From the NCBI GenBank assembly GCA_964016885.1, contig OZ024741.1:344224001-344288000 (forward strand): 64,000 bases of DNA, in the 5' to 3' direction. Of the stretch, positions 27,072-41,829 are shown piece by piece. The position numbers were made by a program, and so were the translations under genes. Each line of letters begins with the position of its first letter. The stretch's first letter is position 1. Under the pieces are notes generated by a model. That model saw only the letters and a program-made list of their open reading frames with translations, did no database searches and was not told where the DNA came from. This stretch comes from Eledone cirrhosa (Eukaryota).

Positions 27072-27369
27072 AAGGAATTAAATGCTACCTCCGTTTGTAT
27101 TTGAATGAAACATGTAAATCAAATAAATATATTAATTTATTGAATCTTTTGCGTGATTATTATTTTTGCATATATATATATATGTATGTATATGTATGTA
27201 TGTGCGTGTGTGTGATGTATACACCCACAGAATGACACACATATATATATATATATTTGGTTATATACTCGTTACCTCATACCTCATACAGCTACTATAA
27301 TCAGTTTTCATATATAAACATACTTCGTCATATTTAGTATCTTGGCTAAAATAATGGTTTCAGATTTAA

Positions 27370-27802
27370 ACACAAGACCAACAATTTGATTAAATCGACC
27401 CTAGTATGTTACTGGTACTTTATGTTATCGATTTCGTACAGATCAATCGCAAATCTAACCTGGTCAGGATTTGAACTCAGAACGTAAAAGGAACTAGCTA
27501 TAAGCCGCAAAGCGTGTTGTCCGATGCTCTGCCAACACTGCCAATCTACCACCTACATATTGGCTAAATTAATGATTTCTGGTATATGCACAAGGCCAGT
27601 AATTTTTTTTTTTTGTGGGGGCGGGGGGGGGGGTCGATTAAATCGACTACAGTACGTGACTGGTACTTTATTTTATCGACCCCGTAAGGATGAAAGACAA
27701 AGTTAACCTCAGCGGGATTTGAACTCAGATCACAAAGGGCCATAATTCTATGCTGCAAAGCATAGCGTCCGACCCTCTACCGATACTGCCAATCGACCGC
27801 CC
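27370..27802 (-). mobile_element. Two tandem tRNA-derived SINEs
   Basis: Reverse complement of the family consensus ggattggcagtatcggtagag..ctgagttcaaatcc..ttcatccttacggggtcgataaaataaagtaccag, with A/B-box-like motifs. Confidence 0.8.
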
Positions 27803-28485
27803 TGTTTGGCTAAATTAATAAGAACTATACTATGAGAATTCTATGTCGCAGCAGACTCATATCATTGACTTTGTAGGCGCGTTACATGATTTCTATTCCA
27901 CGAGGTGAATCTTGGTAAACATTAATTTACAGAGATGGAGAAAAAAAAAAAAATAATAATTATATAAAGATTGGTGTGCGCATGTGAGGAGATTCTATAA
28001 AATAACTTATAAAATAAGGTGAACACCCTTAGAGACGGAAAAATAATTTGAAATCTATCGATGGAAAAGTGGAGCACTCATCGTCGAAACCGACGGAAAT
28101 CCATTACAGAGTATTCACTATACATCTCCAGACAATGTCTTCTAAATCCATATCAACAAACTCTTGTATATCCTCTATAGAACAACTTCATACACGCTAT
28201 AACAATTTAGTCAGCATGTACAGTTTCCATCCACCCGCTCTACATATATCCATCTTGCCAACATATATTTACATATCCATCTAATCAATATCTATAGATA
28301 ATCTCATATAGCCAACAACTACATTTTAGTGTATATTTAGGCAAAATGTCTATTACTAACTTCATGCAGACAATATCTATACAATGTTTACAGTCTGTGT
28401 TTATCTTATACATAACCAAACGCAATATGTATCGAATCAAATTATACACATTTATTTAGTAGTCTTTTTATGTATTCAGAAGTTG

Positions 28486-29430
28486 CATGGCTTAGAAGTT
28501 AGAACGTTGGGCTTACAATCTTTAGAAATGAGTTGTGAGATCACTGGTGCCAAGCTGTGTTGGCATTTGACTTTCCCTTGGGCAACGTCGTGTATAGTGT
28601 ATATATAGTGTGTATATAGTGTATATATATAGTGTATATATGAGTTGCGACGTCACTGGTGCTATTGTATCGGTCTTTGCCTTTCCCTATATATAGTTTA
28701 TATATAGTGAATATATGAGTTGCGATGTCTCTGGTGCCAAGCTGTATCGGATTTTGCCTTTCCCTTGGGCCACATCATATATAGTGTATATATAATGTAT
28801 ATATAGTGTATATATGAGTTGCGACGTCACTAGCGCCAAGCTGTATCGGCCTTTGTCTTTCCCTTGGACAACATCGTATGTAGTGTCTATATAGTGTATA
28901 TGTGAGTTGCGACGTCACTAGCGCCAAGCTGTATCGGCCTTTGTCTTTCCCTTGGACAACATCGTATGTAGTGTCTATATAGTGTATATGTGAGTTGCGA
29001 CGTCACTAGCGCCAAGCTGTATCGGCCTTTGTCTTTCCCTTGGACAACATCGTATGTAGTGTCTATATAGTGTATATGTGAGTTGCGACGTCACTAGCGC
29101 CAAGCTGTATCGGCCTTTGTCTTTCCCTTGGACAACATCGTATGTAGTGTCTATATAGTGTATATGTGAGTTGCGTCGTCACTAGTGCCAAGCTGTATCG
29201 GCCTTTGTCTTTCCCCTGGGGAACGTCATATATAGTATATATATGTAAAGAGAGAGAGAGAATATATGAGTTGCGACGTCCCTGGTGCCAAGCTGTATCG
29301 GCTTTTGCCTTTCCCTTGGGCAACAACAATAGCGGGGAGAAGGGAGACTGTCATACATGGGTGACTGCTTGTCGTCCTCAAAAACATACGCCCTGGCTTA
29401 AGTCCCAGAGGGAATCTCTTTCCAGGTGCA
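28486..29430 (+). repeat. SINE-like element with internal ~88-bp tandem amplification (~9 units)
   Basis: gagttgcgacgtcact..ccaagctgtatcggcctttg..tttcccttgg at 28530, 28642, 28717, 28816, 28904, 28992, 29080, 29168 and 29268; decayed tRNA-like head near 28486. Confidence 0.8.
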
Positions 29431-30299
29431 AATCCCATAATCGTGATCGAAGGGGTCCTTTACGCTTACCCATTATTTATCCATTTGCAAACTCTCTTCT
29501 ATCGAGCTAACTAAACTGCATCGAATGGTTTACTCTCTAAACATTTTTCTTTTCTATACCAATTGATCTACAATCTTAAACGTTTATTTTATGATGTTTT
29601 CATCACAACATCGTTAAAACCTCGCTGGTGAGGTCTGGTCATAATAAGACCAGAGAATGCGCGGATTTTTCTCTGCTATTTGTTGAAAGGATGAAAATAA
29701 TAGTCATTAACTAATATTCCTTGTACTTTACCTCATAATTATCTCAAGCTAGCCTTTCTAATGATCATTAAATTATAGGTTAACAATAGCTTAACTATTG
29801 TTTTTTATTTATGTGATATGGCGTCTTTGAATTATTCCGTCTAAAAACATCTCTATTTCCTACGCCATCTAGTTTAATATCTTGTACATTTACTTAGCAA
29901 TGTTCTCATCAATAATTCGGCAAATAAAGCGAATGCTCTGCTTCAAAATAGCCAGACGTTAGGTCTGGAGTTGTCTCCCGTACTTACCGAAAATGAAATA
30001 AATGATAATATTAATCATGGAATAACACTGTTTTCCTTCACCAAATGACAATATGAGTTGGCTTTTTTAATAGATTTGGCATTAAATATATCACCATTAA
30101 AGTAACCATTACATCTGGTTAGCAAACGTACAACTCCCATTTAGATAGCTAATGTCATTATTGTACTCGTGCTTGTTTGGCACAATAAGACATTGTGTTG
30201 AGACTGATGAGACTGATGCAATTACAAAGTAGACAGTCAAGACAAAAGAAAACACACACACAAAGAAAAACGCAGAGTCGTATGTGTGTTAACATCTAT

Positions 30300-31268
30300 G
30301 TGGGTGCCTGGCACCTCGAGTGCCTTCAGGCGCTCACAGCCCTCTACCACTGAGCGGAGACTCCACTTCGACATTCTATAAGGTATTAGTGGAGGATAAG
30401 TGCGACGACGTTCTCGGGGAAACTCTAGGCATCGAGGAAGTCGAACTGAACAGTCTGTTCGGGAGGACTTTCCGTCCAGGGCCTTTGGATAACTTCCAGA
30501 GGTCTCTGGCCTGGCAGTGCTACCGAGGAGCTCCAACAGTTCGAGACGAAATCTACAGGCACGGACGCCCTGGCAGAGATCCTGCCAAAAGGACCTTGTC
30601 CACGATGCGAGCAGGACATCGAAACCGTTCTGCACGCAATTGTTCAGTGCCCAGGGTGACCGACCTGTGGAATTATGTCGAACAGCTACTGTCACGTGTG
30701 GGACGCATCCAGTTGTCAGTCAAGTCCATCGTGAGGATCAACCCGCCGCCTTCATTTAAGAATGAAGGAGAGGCGGTTTTCCTCTGTCTGGTGGCTATGG
30801 CGAAAGAGGTAATATGATGGACTAGGTTAAAAGGACTGAGGGCAAGCACCTTTCTCTCCGGACAATAACTCATCCCCTTCTTTAAGTACCACCTCAGAAG
30901 GAAGGTGAGAGTGGAGAGAGAGGTGCTACAGCCCATTAAATTCGCTGAAAGGTGAGTGAATGTGGCGAAAATGGCCCGAGTGAATGGGCCTTCTCTGTAT
31001 ATAAGCCTGTAGGTTGAGGAAGATAAACAGAGGGAAGACAGGAACACCTACAAAGCGTGTTCCTGGTGTTGAAGGTTGTTATATCCACGGGGTGTAAAAC
31101 AACCCTGTAGTAACGTTCCTCCCTATTGGGGATTTCAATTGTTATTTTATTATATACAGTTAATTGTTATTAATTAATGTTAAAGTTATATGATTTTTAT
31201 GTAAAACCCCCGCCGTCACGTCTTGTAATGTCTCATTTCTGTACGCCCGTGTGGCAAATAAAGAAAGA
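30300..31268 (+). mobile_element. L1/Tx1-type LINE 3' fragment (zf-RVT region), frameshifted
   Basis: LDNFQRSLAWQCYRG..; CPRCEQDIETVLHAIVQCP (adjacent frame, manual) and DLWNYVE; ends in aataaagaaaga. Confidence 0.7.
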
Positions 31269-31450
31269 TATATATTTAGCTTATCTAGCCCATTTGTACA
31301 CTCGGCTCATTTCAGAAGTTTCTACTCCTGATAAACACATACACACACACATACATGCCTACACACAAATACAAACACACACACAAAGAAACACACGTCA
31401 GACAAGCACAAAAAGCAAGCTCGTACACAAATATGCGCAAACACACATAT

Positions 31451-31502
<52 letters not shown>

Positions 31503-31934
31503 AGAGACAAGCACGCACACACATACACACAAGCGCGTGCACACATATGCGCAAACACACAAACTTACACACACATACACATGCCTATACACACATACAC
31601 ACATACACACACATACACACACAAATACAAACACACACACACGAACAAACAGACGTCAGACAAGCACACAAACACGCACACATATGCTCACACACACATA
31701 CGTACACACACAGAAGCGCGTGCACACATATGCGCACACACACACAAGCGTGTGCACACATATGCGCACACACACATACACTCAAAGTGGCTCTAATCAT
31801 CAACTCGCAAAAGCCACAAATAAGCAACAGATTAGAACTTCACGGAACAGAGTGGGTACTATGACTGCACCACGCATGCGTAATCCAGACACTTAAACCA
31901 GTTAGGGAAAAACACATACTCTCGGATCACAAAT

Positions 31935-32152
31935 AATGATTTCTAGTATAGGCACAAGGCCAGTAATTTGGGAGGAGGGGAAAGTTGATTTAATCGACCC
32001 TAGTACATTACTGGTGCTTTATTTTATCGATCCCATAAGGATGAAAAGCAAAGTTAACCTCGGCGGAATTTGAACTCAGACTGTAAAGGGATGTAACTCT
32101 ATGCGGCAAAGCATAGTGTCCGACTTTACCGTTACTGCCAATCCACCGCCCT
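31935..32152 (-). mobile_element. tRNA-derived SINE
   Basis: Matches the family consensus in reverse complement. Confidence 0.85.
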
Positions 32153-32704
32153 TCGGATCCCAAATAATAGCGGGGTCGGAATAAGCGTGGTGGTGGACAT
32201 TTGTTTAAATTCCTATATTCGTGAAGGATGGAATAAACTGGGGTGGGAGGTCGGTAATTGTATTGTGTACGTTCGTAAATATGGGATTTCTTGTTATGTT
32301 CATTTTTTTGTCACGACATAATGCCTTTTTAATGTAAAATAAAATAATCATTAGATCTTCCAGCTGCTGTATGAATTACTTATAATAAAATTTCGCCGGC
32401 GATAGATTAGCAAAATTTAATAAGCGATGTGTGAGTGTGTCGGAGGAAGAGGGGGATAAAAGTGCGTGTGTGTGGGGAGGGGGGGGGACATTACTAAGTG
32501 GAGGTAGAGGGAGGAGGTGATTATTCAAGACGTGAGAGTAGATCGTTCGTTTTCGTTTTTACAACTGCGATACGATGTTGAAATATACTGGGTAAAAACA
32601 TTACTTTGTTTTTTTATACTACTTTATATACACCCCTCTCTCTCTCTTTCTTTCTTTCTTTCTGTGTATGTTTGTTAATGAGTGTGTCTGAAAGAGAGAG
32701 TGGG

Positions 32705-32737
<33 letters not shown>

Positions 32738-33394
32738 GTGTGTATGTGTGTGTAAACTGAATTAGAATTAGTTTCCTGGAAATTTGAGTTTCATTCCAAT
32801 TAATTCGGTCTGCTTCCCTTTAGTATACTGGTTGTTTATTTGATTTTAATTCCTGCCCTGTTTATCATTGTCGTGTTAATGCTTTCCTTTCACCATTTCG
32901 CTGGTTGTTCTAAGATGGCTTGACGATTTTCTAATCATATCTTACTTTTATATAATGCTTTAACTATATATCAATTTTCATTAACCAAATCGATTTTCAA
33001 TTACGTAATCGTATCCTGTTTTGCTAAACCATATCCTGCTCTTCTAGTGGTGTTTTTTTTGTTTATCGATTTTCATTAGTGGGTTCAATAACTGGCCTCC
33101 CTCTAACTATCGACTAAGTCAGAAGACACCGTTTTGTTAAAGATACGAATTTGTTTATCACTCTTCATTGACACATTCAGAGGCTGTCTCCTTGGATCCG
33201 CCTCCGTATCCTCTTTCGCTTAATTTTACATTCTATTGGAATCTTATATTGTTATTTTATACTTGATAACCCTAAAAATGTTTTCTTGGACTTATATTTC
33301 TACGTACATTAATGTTTTGTTATTTACTTTGTTTTGCAGTTCCGTTAGTGTAGACACTATAGAGCCTTTACTATTATTTTCGCTAAGGGAGAGG

Positions 33395-33578
33395 GGGTGA
33401 ATTGGCAGTATCGGTAGAGGGTCGGACGCCATGCTTTCCAGCATAGTTACGTCCCTTTACGGTCTGAGTTCAAATCCTGTCGAGGTTAACTTTGCCTTTC
33501 ATCCTTACGGGGTCGATAAAATAAAGTATCAGTAATGTACTGGGTAATTGCTGGCCTTGTGCCTAAAGTAGAAACAAC
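33395..33578 (+). mobile_element. tRNA-derived SINE
   Basis: tggcagtatcggtagag..gagttcaaatcc..ggggtcgataaaataaagt..ggccttgtgcctaaagtagaaac. Confidence 0.85.
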
Positions 33579-34236
33579 TATTATTTTCGCTATTGATGTG
33601 TCATTTCATATTTTTATTGTTTGCAGTCTTAATACATTTTGAAATGTTCTGGTATCTGCAACATTGTATCAATTCATTTCTCATTTCAGCCAATCTTACT
33701 TTTTGCGTAATTACAATAATAACTATTACAACATCGCACTAGCATTTAGTAGGCATCTCATTCAAATATATACCACCTAAATATCCTGTGCGTGGTCTAG
33801 GGTTTATGATGTTTGACTTACGATCATTACTTTCTCTTCCTGAACCAAGTTTTGTGTTGTGTTCTTGCGACAAACACTTCATTTCCCGTTACTCATTGAT
33901 ACTCAGCTTAAAGACTCAGCTGGGGGTTAAACCTGCTATGAACTAGTGTTTTGTCTAGGGTGAGTCTTGTACACTCAAAACGGGATAAGCCCCGGTCTAA
34001 TGAGCCTCCTTATTTGAGAATGACTTTAGACTTTTTATAGACTTTTAATGTCTTGCCACACATAAACTGGAAATCATACAGGAACATCGTCTGGGTCAAC
34101 CCGCTAAAGGTAAACAATTAATCACATGGTTAATCTATTTGATATTCAAACAATGATGTTCCATTTACAAGCATGTTCAACCCTCATAATTTTCGTCAGT
34201 GTATTTTTATTTTATTTTAATCTTACTGTGTAACAA

Positions 34237-34445
34237 TGGATTAGCAGTATCGGTGGAGCGTCGGACATGCTTTATGGCATAGAGTTATGATCTTTTACGA
34301 TCTGAGTTCAAATCGTGCTGAGGTTAGCTTTGTTTTTATCCTTACAGGGTTGATAAATAAAGTGCCAGTAATGCACTGGGGCTAATTTAGTCGACTTTCC
34401 CCTCCGCCCAAAAATTGTTTGCCTTATGCCTAAATCAGAAATCAA
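34237..34445 (+). mobile_element. tRNA-derived SINE
   Basis: Same family consensus. Confidence 0.8.
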
Positions 34446-34996
34446 TATTTGTATATATATATATTTGTTATAAATATTTGTATATATATATATTTGTTAT
34501 AAATATTTGTATATATATATATTTGTTATAAATATTTGTATATATATATATTTGTTATAAATTTCAAACAGACTGAAGAATTACCTCACAATTCGATCAA
34601 AACGAAGACAAAACAACAAGTACCATAATATGTATATTCTTCCCAATGTTGTTCAAGTGTAAGATTACATACTTCTGTATTTTTGTAACTGGAGAGTAAC
34701 TGTGAATAACATCTGTATATTCTAAACACTACTGTGACAGTCACACTATGACTTAACGAACGTACAAATATATTACACTAACTGATTACAGTTCAAAGAT
34801 TGAAACATGTGCTCAATGTGAAGATCATTGGATGAAAGTCAAATAGATTAACCGTGTCCTTACATCTTAGGTTTTCAACTTACGTTGAGAGAACAAGATT
34901 TTAGAATAAGTATCGACCTTCGTTCGTCCTCTAAAATATATAAGTAAATAATGGACACCGATACTCATGTGTGTGTGTATATATATATATATATTT

Positions 34997-35195
34997 ATAA
35001 CGAAGGAAGTGTGGTAAGGAACCAGATGGACCAGAACGCACCAGAGTACTCAATACTTAGGGTAGTAGAGTGGGTAATGGAAAATATTCAAGACCCCGAC
35101 GGCAGAGCTCAAGCCGTTTCGATGGCTATTTCTGTCCCTAAAATAGCTGTCGAAACGGCTTGAGCTGTGCCGTCGGGGGTCTTGAAAATGTTCCT
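34997..35195. mobile_element. Mini fold-back PLE derivative (hairpin + ~85-nt tail)
   Basis: Arms ~35079-35131 / ~35141-35195; same family as 35214-36773, 39236-40870, 41058-41255, 57046-57213 and the fragment at 4221-4271. Confidence 0.8.
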
Positions 35196-35213
35196 ATATA
35201 TATATATATATAT

Positions 35214-36771
35214 ATAACGAAGGAGGTGTGGTAAGGAACCAGATGGACCATAACGCACCAGAGTACTCAATACTTAGGGTAGTACAGTGGGTAATAGGAA
35301 AATGTTTAACCTCGACGGCAGAGCTCAAGCCGTTTCGACAGCTATTTCTGGACTAAATTATAATTTTTAGCGTGGTAAATAAATAGCCGAACTTTTTAAG
35401 GGGTAATTCCTTATATGGGAAGATTGTAATTGTCAAAAGGATTGGTCAAAATTTCTTGTAAACACAATTAAATCTTTCATAGCAGTGGGTGGGAGGTGGG
35501 GTGGCTGAACTTGCCTGTAGAACTATGAGGGAGTGGGTGGAGCCGGTTAAGCGTAGAAAGTGAATTCTATACAGCAAATTCTAAGGAGTGTGTATGAAAT
35601 TAGGCTAGTTAGGAAGCAGGCGAAAAAGGATTCTGGAGAAATTAGAGAGGGGACGTTATAGAATAGGTTAATAAATTGAGATTAAAAGATAATAAATAAA
35701 TACATAAATATATAAAAATAATAAAATTGGATAGTAGAACTTAATTAAAAAATTCATGCAGCAATTAACCCCTTGTGACTTTACCCGGCTCTACCAACAC
35801 CGACATACGTTCCAATACCCGACGTTCCACTACACCTATTGTCCAAGGCTAACACGGGAGGACGCCGTCCGTGTAACTTATGCTCGGAGGAAACATTACA
35901 CATGCTGTTTACGAAGGACCAACTCCTAAACAAAAAAGACGAACTTGTAACTGCATGTAAACACCGATTGCGTAGGACTTACCTCGCCCTCAAACCCCCT
36001 CATGACCCGAGTGGGTAGACAATGGCTGCAACATCTTCCTTTTCCCCACTTTCTGAACAAGATCGGGGAAACTCCAGCTAACATAGGTAGATGTACTTCT
36101 TTTCTTTTCCTTTTTCTTTTCTTATTCCCTTTATCTCTTCCTATCATTTCCTTCCACTCCCTCTCCTCTTCCTTTTCCTTTTTCCACTTTTGCCTACCCC
36201 GAGGCAGCCCAACGGCCTTTTGTAGCCTCAGTACCCCCACCCCAGTAAACTATATATAGCATTTGCCGAAAACGCAATACCAACTATATATAGCAGCTGC
36301 TTTAGACTCTGGAGAATTTTTTATTACTTTTTAATATCCAATTTTATTATTTAAATATATTTATTTATTTATTTATTATCTTTTAATCTCAATTTATGAA
36401 CCTATTCTATAACGTCCCCTCTCTAATTTCTCCAGAATCATGTTTCGCTTGTTTCCTAACTAGCCTAATTTCATACACACTCCTCAGAATTTGGTGTATA
36501 TAATTCACTTTCAACGCTAGACCGGGTCCACACACTCCCTCATTGTTCTACAGGAAAGTCCAGCCGCCTACCCACACCTACCCCCTGCCATGAAAGATTT
36601 AATTGTGTTTACAAGAAATTTTGACCAATCCTTTTGACAACTACAATCTTCCCATATAAGGAATTACCCCTTGAAAAGTTCAGCTATTTATTTACCACGC
36701 TAAAAATTATAATTTACTCCAGAAATAGCCATCGAAACGGCTTGAGCTCTGCCGTCGAATTTAAACATTTT

Positions 36772-36773
<2 letters not shown>
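35214..36773 (+). mobile_element. PLE 3' portion preceded by a ~550-bp inverted copy of its 3' end
   Basis: ~35294-35750 is the reverse complement of ~36320-36773. GIY-YIG remnant at 35765-36000 (GGRRPCNLCSEETL..QLLNKKDELVTACKHRLR). Confidence 0.85.
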
Positions 36774-36846
<73 letters not shown>

Positions 36847-36850
<4 letters not shown>

Positions 36851-37220
36851 ACGATATTAACAAATGGAAACTATATTTATAAAACCATATCTATTTTATT
36901 ATACATATTTCAAGGATACCATGTTAAATTATGGTATGCTTTCATTAGACAAAATACAATATATACCAGTTTTATAAATAAATATTGACATACCCTTTCA
37001 AGATGCAACCGTTACTTTTTGAAGACATCGGGATAGTCATCTTGAAAGGGTTTGTCAATATTTATTTATAAAACTGGTATATATTGTATTTTTTCTGATG
37101 AAAGCATACCATAATTTAACATGGTATCCTTGAAATATGTATAATAAAATAGATATGGTTTTATAAATATATTTTGTTAATATCGTATACTTACTCCAAA
37201 TACTTGTCGAGTGCTTTATA
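36847..37220. mobile_element. Palindromic pLTR pair with HHR-like motif
   Basis: Arms 36847-37005 / 37038-37190 plus a short tail; CTGATGA-aagcatacca..tggtatcctt-GAAATATGTA at 37095-37141. Confidence 0.8.
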
Positions 37221-37293
37221 TCAGTTATAAAAATATTTGCTTGTTGTATCCCAACAATTTAAATAGCACTTTTGCATATATATATGTATATCT

Positions 37294-37762
37294 ATTTCGT
37301 TTCTGAATTTGTTTAGCAAGATTCTTTATCTGAAAACGTGTGTTGAAACCGATATTGTTATACTTTGGGGGGGTCATGTTGCCAATAAGAAACACACGCA
37401 CCAGTTGCTTTCACTTCAATTTATTATAATAAATTTATAAATTTAGGAATTTATAAATTTCTGGTTGGTTGGTTGGTTCCACAACCAGATAGTTGTTTAT
37501 ATATTGTCAAAGTTCTTTCATCACACATTCTGAGGCACAAAAACAAAGAAAAGAATCCCCAGTCACTGAAGAGGTCACAGAATGTGTTACGAAAGAACTT
37601 TGACAATATATAAACAACCATCTGGTTGTGGAACCAACCAACCAACCGGAAATTTATAAATTCCTAAATTTATAAATTTATTATAATAAATTGAAGTGAA
37701 AGCAACTGGTGCGTGCGTTTCTTATTGGCAACATGACCCCCCCCCCCCCCCAAAGTATAACA

Positions 37763-37765
<3 letters not shown>
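37294..37765. mobile_element. Palindromic pLTR pair with HHR (37562-37604, +)
   Basis: Arms ~37352-37532 / ~37578-37765; gtca-CTGAAGA..GAAAG-aa-CTT-tgac; same family as 4399-5004. Confidence 0.85.
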
Positions 37766-37810
<45 letters not shown>

Positions 37811-38023
37811 AAAATTAAATTTTAAAGAAATATATACAAAGGAGATTAATCATTTTAAAAGGTATCTATATTTGAAGTTCTAGTTAAACTTTAATTGGTT
37901 ACCTACCTAGCTATGTGTGCTTACATACTTTACGAATTATTCCCTGTGATTGTTCCCTATGTTTATTTTATATATATATATGTCAATCTATTTCTAGTTG
38001 ATATCTCTCTCTCTCTCTCTCTA

Positions 38024-38134
<111 letters not shown>

Positions 38135-38357
38135 TTTTGTGTGTGTGCGTGTGCTTGTATGGGATGGTATATATATATATGTATATATATATATCTGTAG
38201 ATGTTTAAAGAAGGGATAGAAATAGTCAATGAAAGTAGTAGATTATATTCATTAATATGAAACCACTTCCACAGTGTTTCCCGTATATTGCACGTTCATG
38301 AAGCCCTTGCAAAAGCATGCAACTGATTGGAAATACCGATTAGCGATGACGTATGTG

Positions 38358-38388
<31 letters not shown>

Positions 38389-38436
38389 ATATATATTTAT
38401 ATATATGTATGTATATATATACATATACATATGTAT

Positions 38437-38490
<54 letters not shown>

Positions 38491-38569
38491 TTATATGTAT
38501 GTCTAAATATATATGTACATTTATATATACATACATATACATACATATATATATGTATATATATATACA

Positions 38570-38662
<93 letters not shown>

Positions 38663-38734
38663 GTATATACCTATATATATATATTATATTATCATATACT
38701 ATATTACATTATATTATATATATATATATATATA

Positions 38735-38778
<44 letters not shown>

Positions 38779-39200
38779 TATATATATATATATATATGTA
38801 ATATAGTATAATATGATAATATAATATATATATAGGTATATACATATATATATGTATATATATATATATATATATACATATATATATGTAATTACCTATA
38901 TATATATTATATTGTCATATACTATATTACATTATATTATATATATATATATATATATACAATAGCTTTTCTGTTTCTAATTGCTAGCGTATCAAATAAC
39001 GTAAAGTTAGATGTGCATCAATTATGAATGGAACATTCTGTCACTTTATCATGCGTCACATTTGTGGGGGTGGTCTCCATTTCTGTATGTGCCTTTATCT
39101 GTGTGTGAGTCTGTGTAATATTGGATATCTATGTATCCATGCATGCAATTTTATGTATATATATTAATTCGTATTTACATGTTTACACACACACACATAT

Positions 39201-39235
<35 letters not shown>

Positions 39236-39239
<4 letters not shown>

Positions 39240-40870
39240 AACAAGTATGTCCCCGACGGCGGAGCTCAAGCCGTTTCGACGGCTATTTCAGGACTAAATA
39301 AGAATGTTTAGCCTGGTAAATAAATAGCCGAACTTATATGGGAAGATAGTAATTGTCAAGAGGATTAACCGCATGTGACTTCAAGAACCGGCTCTACCAA
39401 CACCGACATACTTTCCGAAACCCGGCCCGGCGACATGCCACTACAATTTCGGGCCACATCTGGGACCTCAAAGATAATAATATAACCTACAATCTCACTT
39501 GTAGCTTACTGTCTAGAGCTAACTCTTACTCGGGAGGACGCCGACCGTGTAACTTATGCTCGGAGGAAACATTACAAATGCTGTTTTCGAAGGACCAACT
39601 CCTAAACAACAGAGACGAACTGGTAACCGCATGCAAACACAGATTGCGTAGGACTTACCACGCCCTCAAACCCCATAATGACCCAGTGGGGGGGGGTAGA
39701 CAAGGGCTGATACCCCCCCACTTGCCGATTTTGTAAGGGTTAACCCCTGCTTACAAAGGTAGACGTAACTTTTTTATCTTTTTCCTCTATGTTTCCTTCT
39801 TCCCCCCATCTCTTCCTAGTCCTTCCACACCAGATCTCCTTCCTCGTCTTTTTTTCACCTTTCGCTAACCCCGATGCAGCCCATCGGTCCTCTGTAGCCT
39901 CAGTACCCCCTCCCCACTAATTTTAAGATAGAATTGGCCGATTTCGCTTTTTATAGCAGATGTGTTAGACCCCAGTAATTTTTTTTTCTTTCTGGTTGCT
40001 GCACCATTTCTATGATTTCTAAATTTCTTAGTGGTATTTTTGTATTAGTATTTTTGTATTAGTATTTTTGTATTAGTATTTTTGTATTAGTATTTTTGAA
40101 TTAATATTTTGTATTAATATTTTTGTAGTAGTATTTTAGTATTTTTGTTCTCAACTTATTAACCTGTCATTGTAAGATAGCATTGGCTGATTACTAACTA
40201 TCTATAGCAGCGGTGTTAGACCCCCTGTAAAGCCGACTTTATAAAATTCTTTCACTACAATCTCGTATTTAGTATTTTTCCCATTCTCCACCTATTAAAC
40301 TTTTCTATAGCTTAGCAATACCAATGAGAGATTTAGTGATTGTAGAAATGGAGTAGAACCAGAAATTGTTTTTATATACTTATTTCCCTATTTTTATAAT
40401 GTTTTTTTTTTTTACTCGCTTTCGATTTGCCTATTCTTTCAACTTCCACACCCCTCCTCATCTCCGGTACACTTTTTTCGACCTTTTATACACTATCCTT
40501 AGAATCTGCTGTATAGATTTCAATTTCAACGCTTCGCTGGGTTTACCCCACTCGCTCTTTGTTCAACCGGCAAGTTCAGCCACCCCTACCTCCCACCAAA
40601 TGGCATGATAGATTTATCTGTCTTTACAACAAGTTTTTGACCATCCTCTTGACAATTACTATCTTCCCATATTAGGTAATACCCCCTGAGAAGTTCGGCT
40701 ATTTATTTACCAGGCTAAATATTATTATTTAGTCCAGAAATAGGCGTCGAACGGCTTGAGCTCTGCCGTCGGGGTCATACTTGTTCCTATTACCCACTCT
40801 ACTACCCTAAGTATTGAGTACTTTGGTGCGTTGTGGTCTATCTGGTTCCTTACCACAATTCCTTCGTTAT
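39236..40870 (+). mobile_element. PLE 3' portion (GIY-YIG ORF 39353-39736) with inverted 5' segment and 3' tail
   Basis: GLTACDFKNRLYQHRHTF..HIWDLKD..CNLCSEE..LLNNRDELVTACKHR; 39236-39365 is the reverse complement of ~40644-40790, with an internal deletion. Confidence 0.88.
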
Positions 40871-41057
40871 ATATATATATATATATATATTTATTAAAAT
40901 AACAGATTAAAGTTTAAGCAAAGAATCGCTGATATATATATATATATATATAGTGAAAGAGTGAAGAATAGCATGGTCAACAGTACAAAAACGGTTTTAT
41001 TTACAGTATTAACAATTATACACATTTATATATATATATATATATTATATACATATA

Positions 41058-41255
41058 TGACAAAGAAAGTGTGGTAAGGAACCAGTTGGACCATAACGCA
41101 CCAGAGTACTCGATACTTAGGGTAGTAGAGTGAGTAATAGGAAAAGAGTTAGGACCCCGACGGCTGAGCTCCGGCCGTTTCGACAACTAGATTCGAACTA
41201 GATCTAGCTATCTGATCGGCCGGAGCTCAGCCGTAGAGGTCCTGACTCTTTTCCT
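41058..41255. mobile_element. Mini fold-back PLE derivative
   Basis: Tail plus imperfect hairpin; family of 34997-35195. Confidence 0.75.
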
Positions 41256-41285
41256 ATATATATATATTATATATATATATATGTT

Positions 41286-41320
<35 letters not shown>

Positions 41321-41564
41321 ACATAAACAATCTATTTTTCGAACCCATAAGCGATAGGAAGTCTTTGGATTAGAAAGCTGTTTGACTATAAAATAGTCTA
41401 AGTTGGCGATATAAACCCTGGTGACGGAAAAACCTTGTTCAGCGCTGCCCGTGATGTTCACCGGCGTAGGAATGGGTGTGCAGTAACAAAAAAGAGTTTA
41501 AATATTCTTTATTATGCTTACGTGTTGAGTCTTATTATATTTCTATTATATATACATGTATACG

Positions 41565-41829
41565 TAATACAAATAGTGAAAACAATGAAATTAAACAAAA
41601 TAGAGTTAATTCATAGTAAAATTTCTGCGAGGTAGTTCTCCGTATGTTCATTCTATTAGGGATCTATGTAAAATATATTACAATTTATAATTTGTAATAT
41701 ATTTTACATAGATCACCAATAGAATGAACATTCGGAGAAATACCTCCCCAGAAACCATCGTAAAATAATGAGTTTTACTATGAATTACCCGTATTTTGTT
41801 TAATTTCATTGTTTTCACTATTTGTATTA
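41565..41829. repeat. Imperfect palindrome (~120-bp arms)
   Basis: taatacaaatagtgaaaacaatgaaatt..atattacaa / ttgtaatat..aatttcattgttttcactatttgtatta; centre about 41687. Confidence 0.8.

Noticed and set aside
28530-29325. CRISPR-like repeat-spacer pattern
   Set aside because: The spacers are low-complexity and mostly identical; eukaryotic SINE context.
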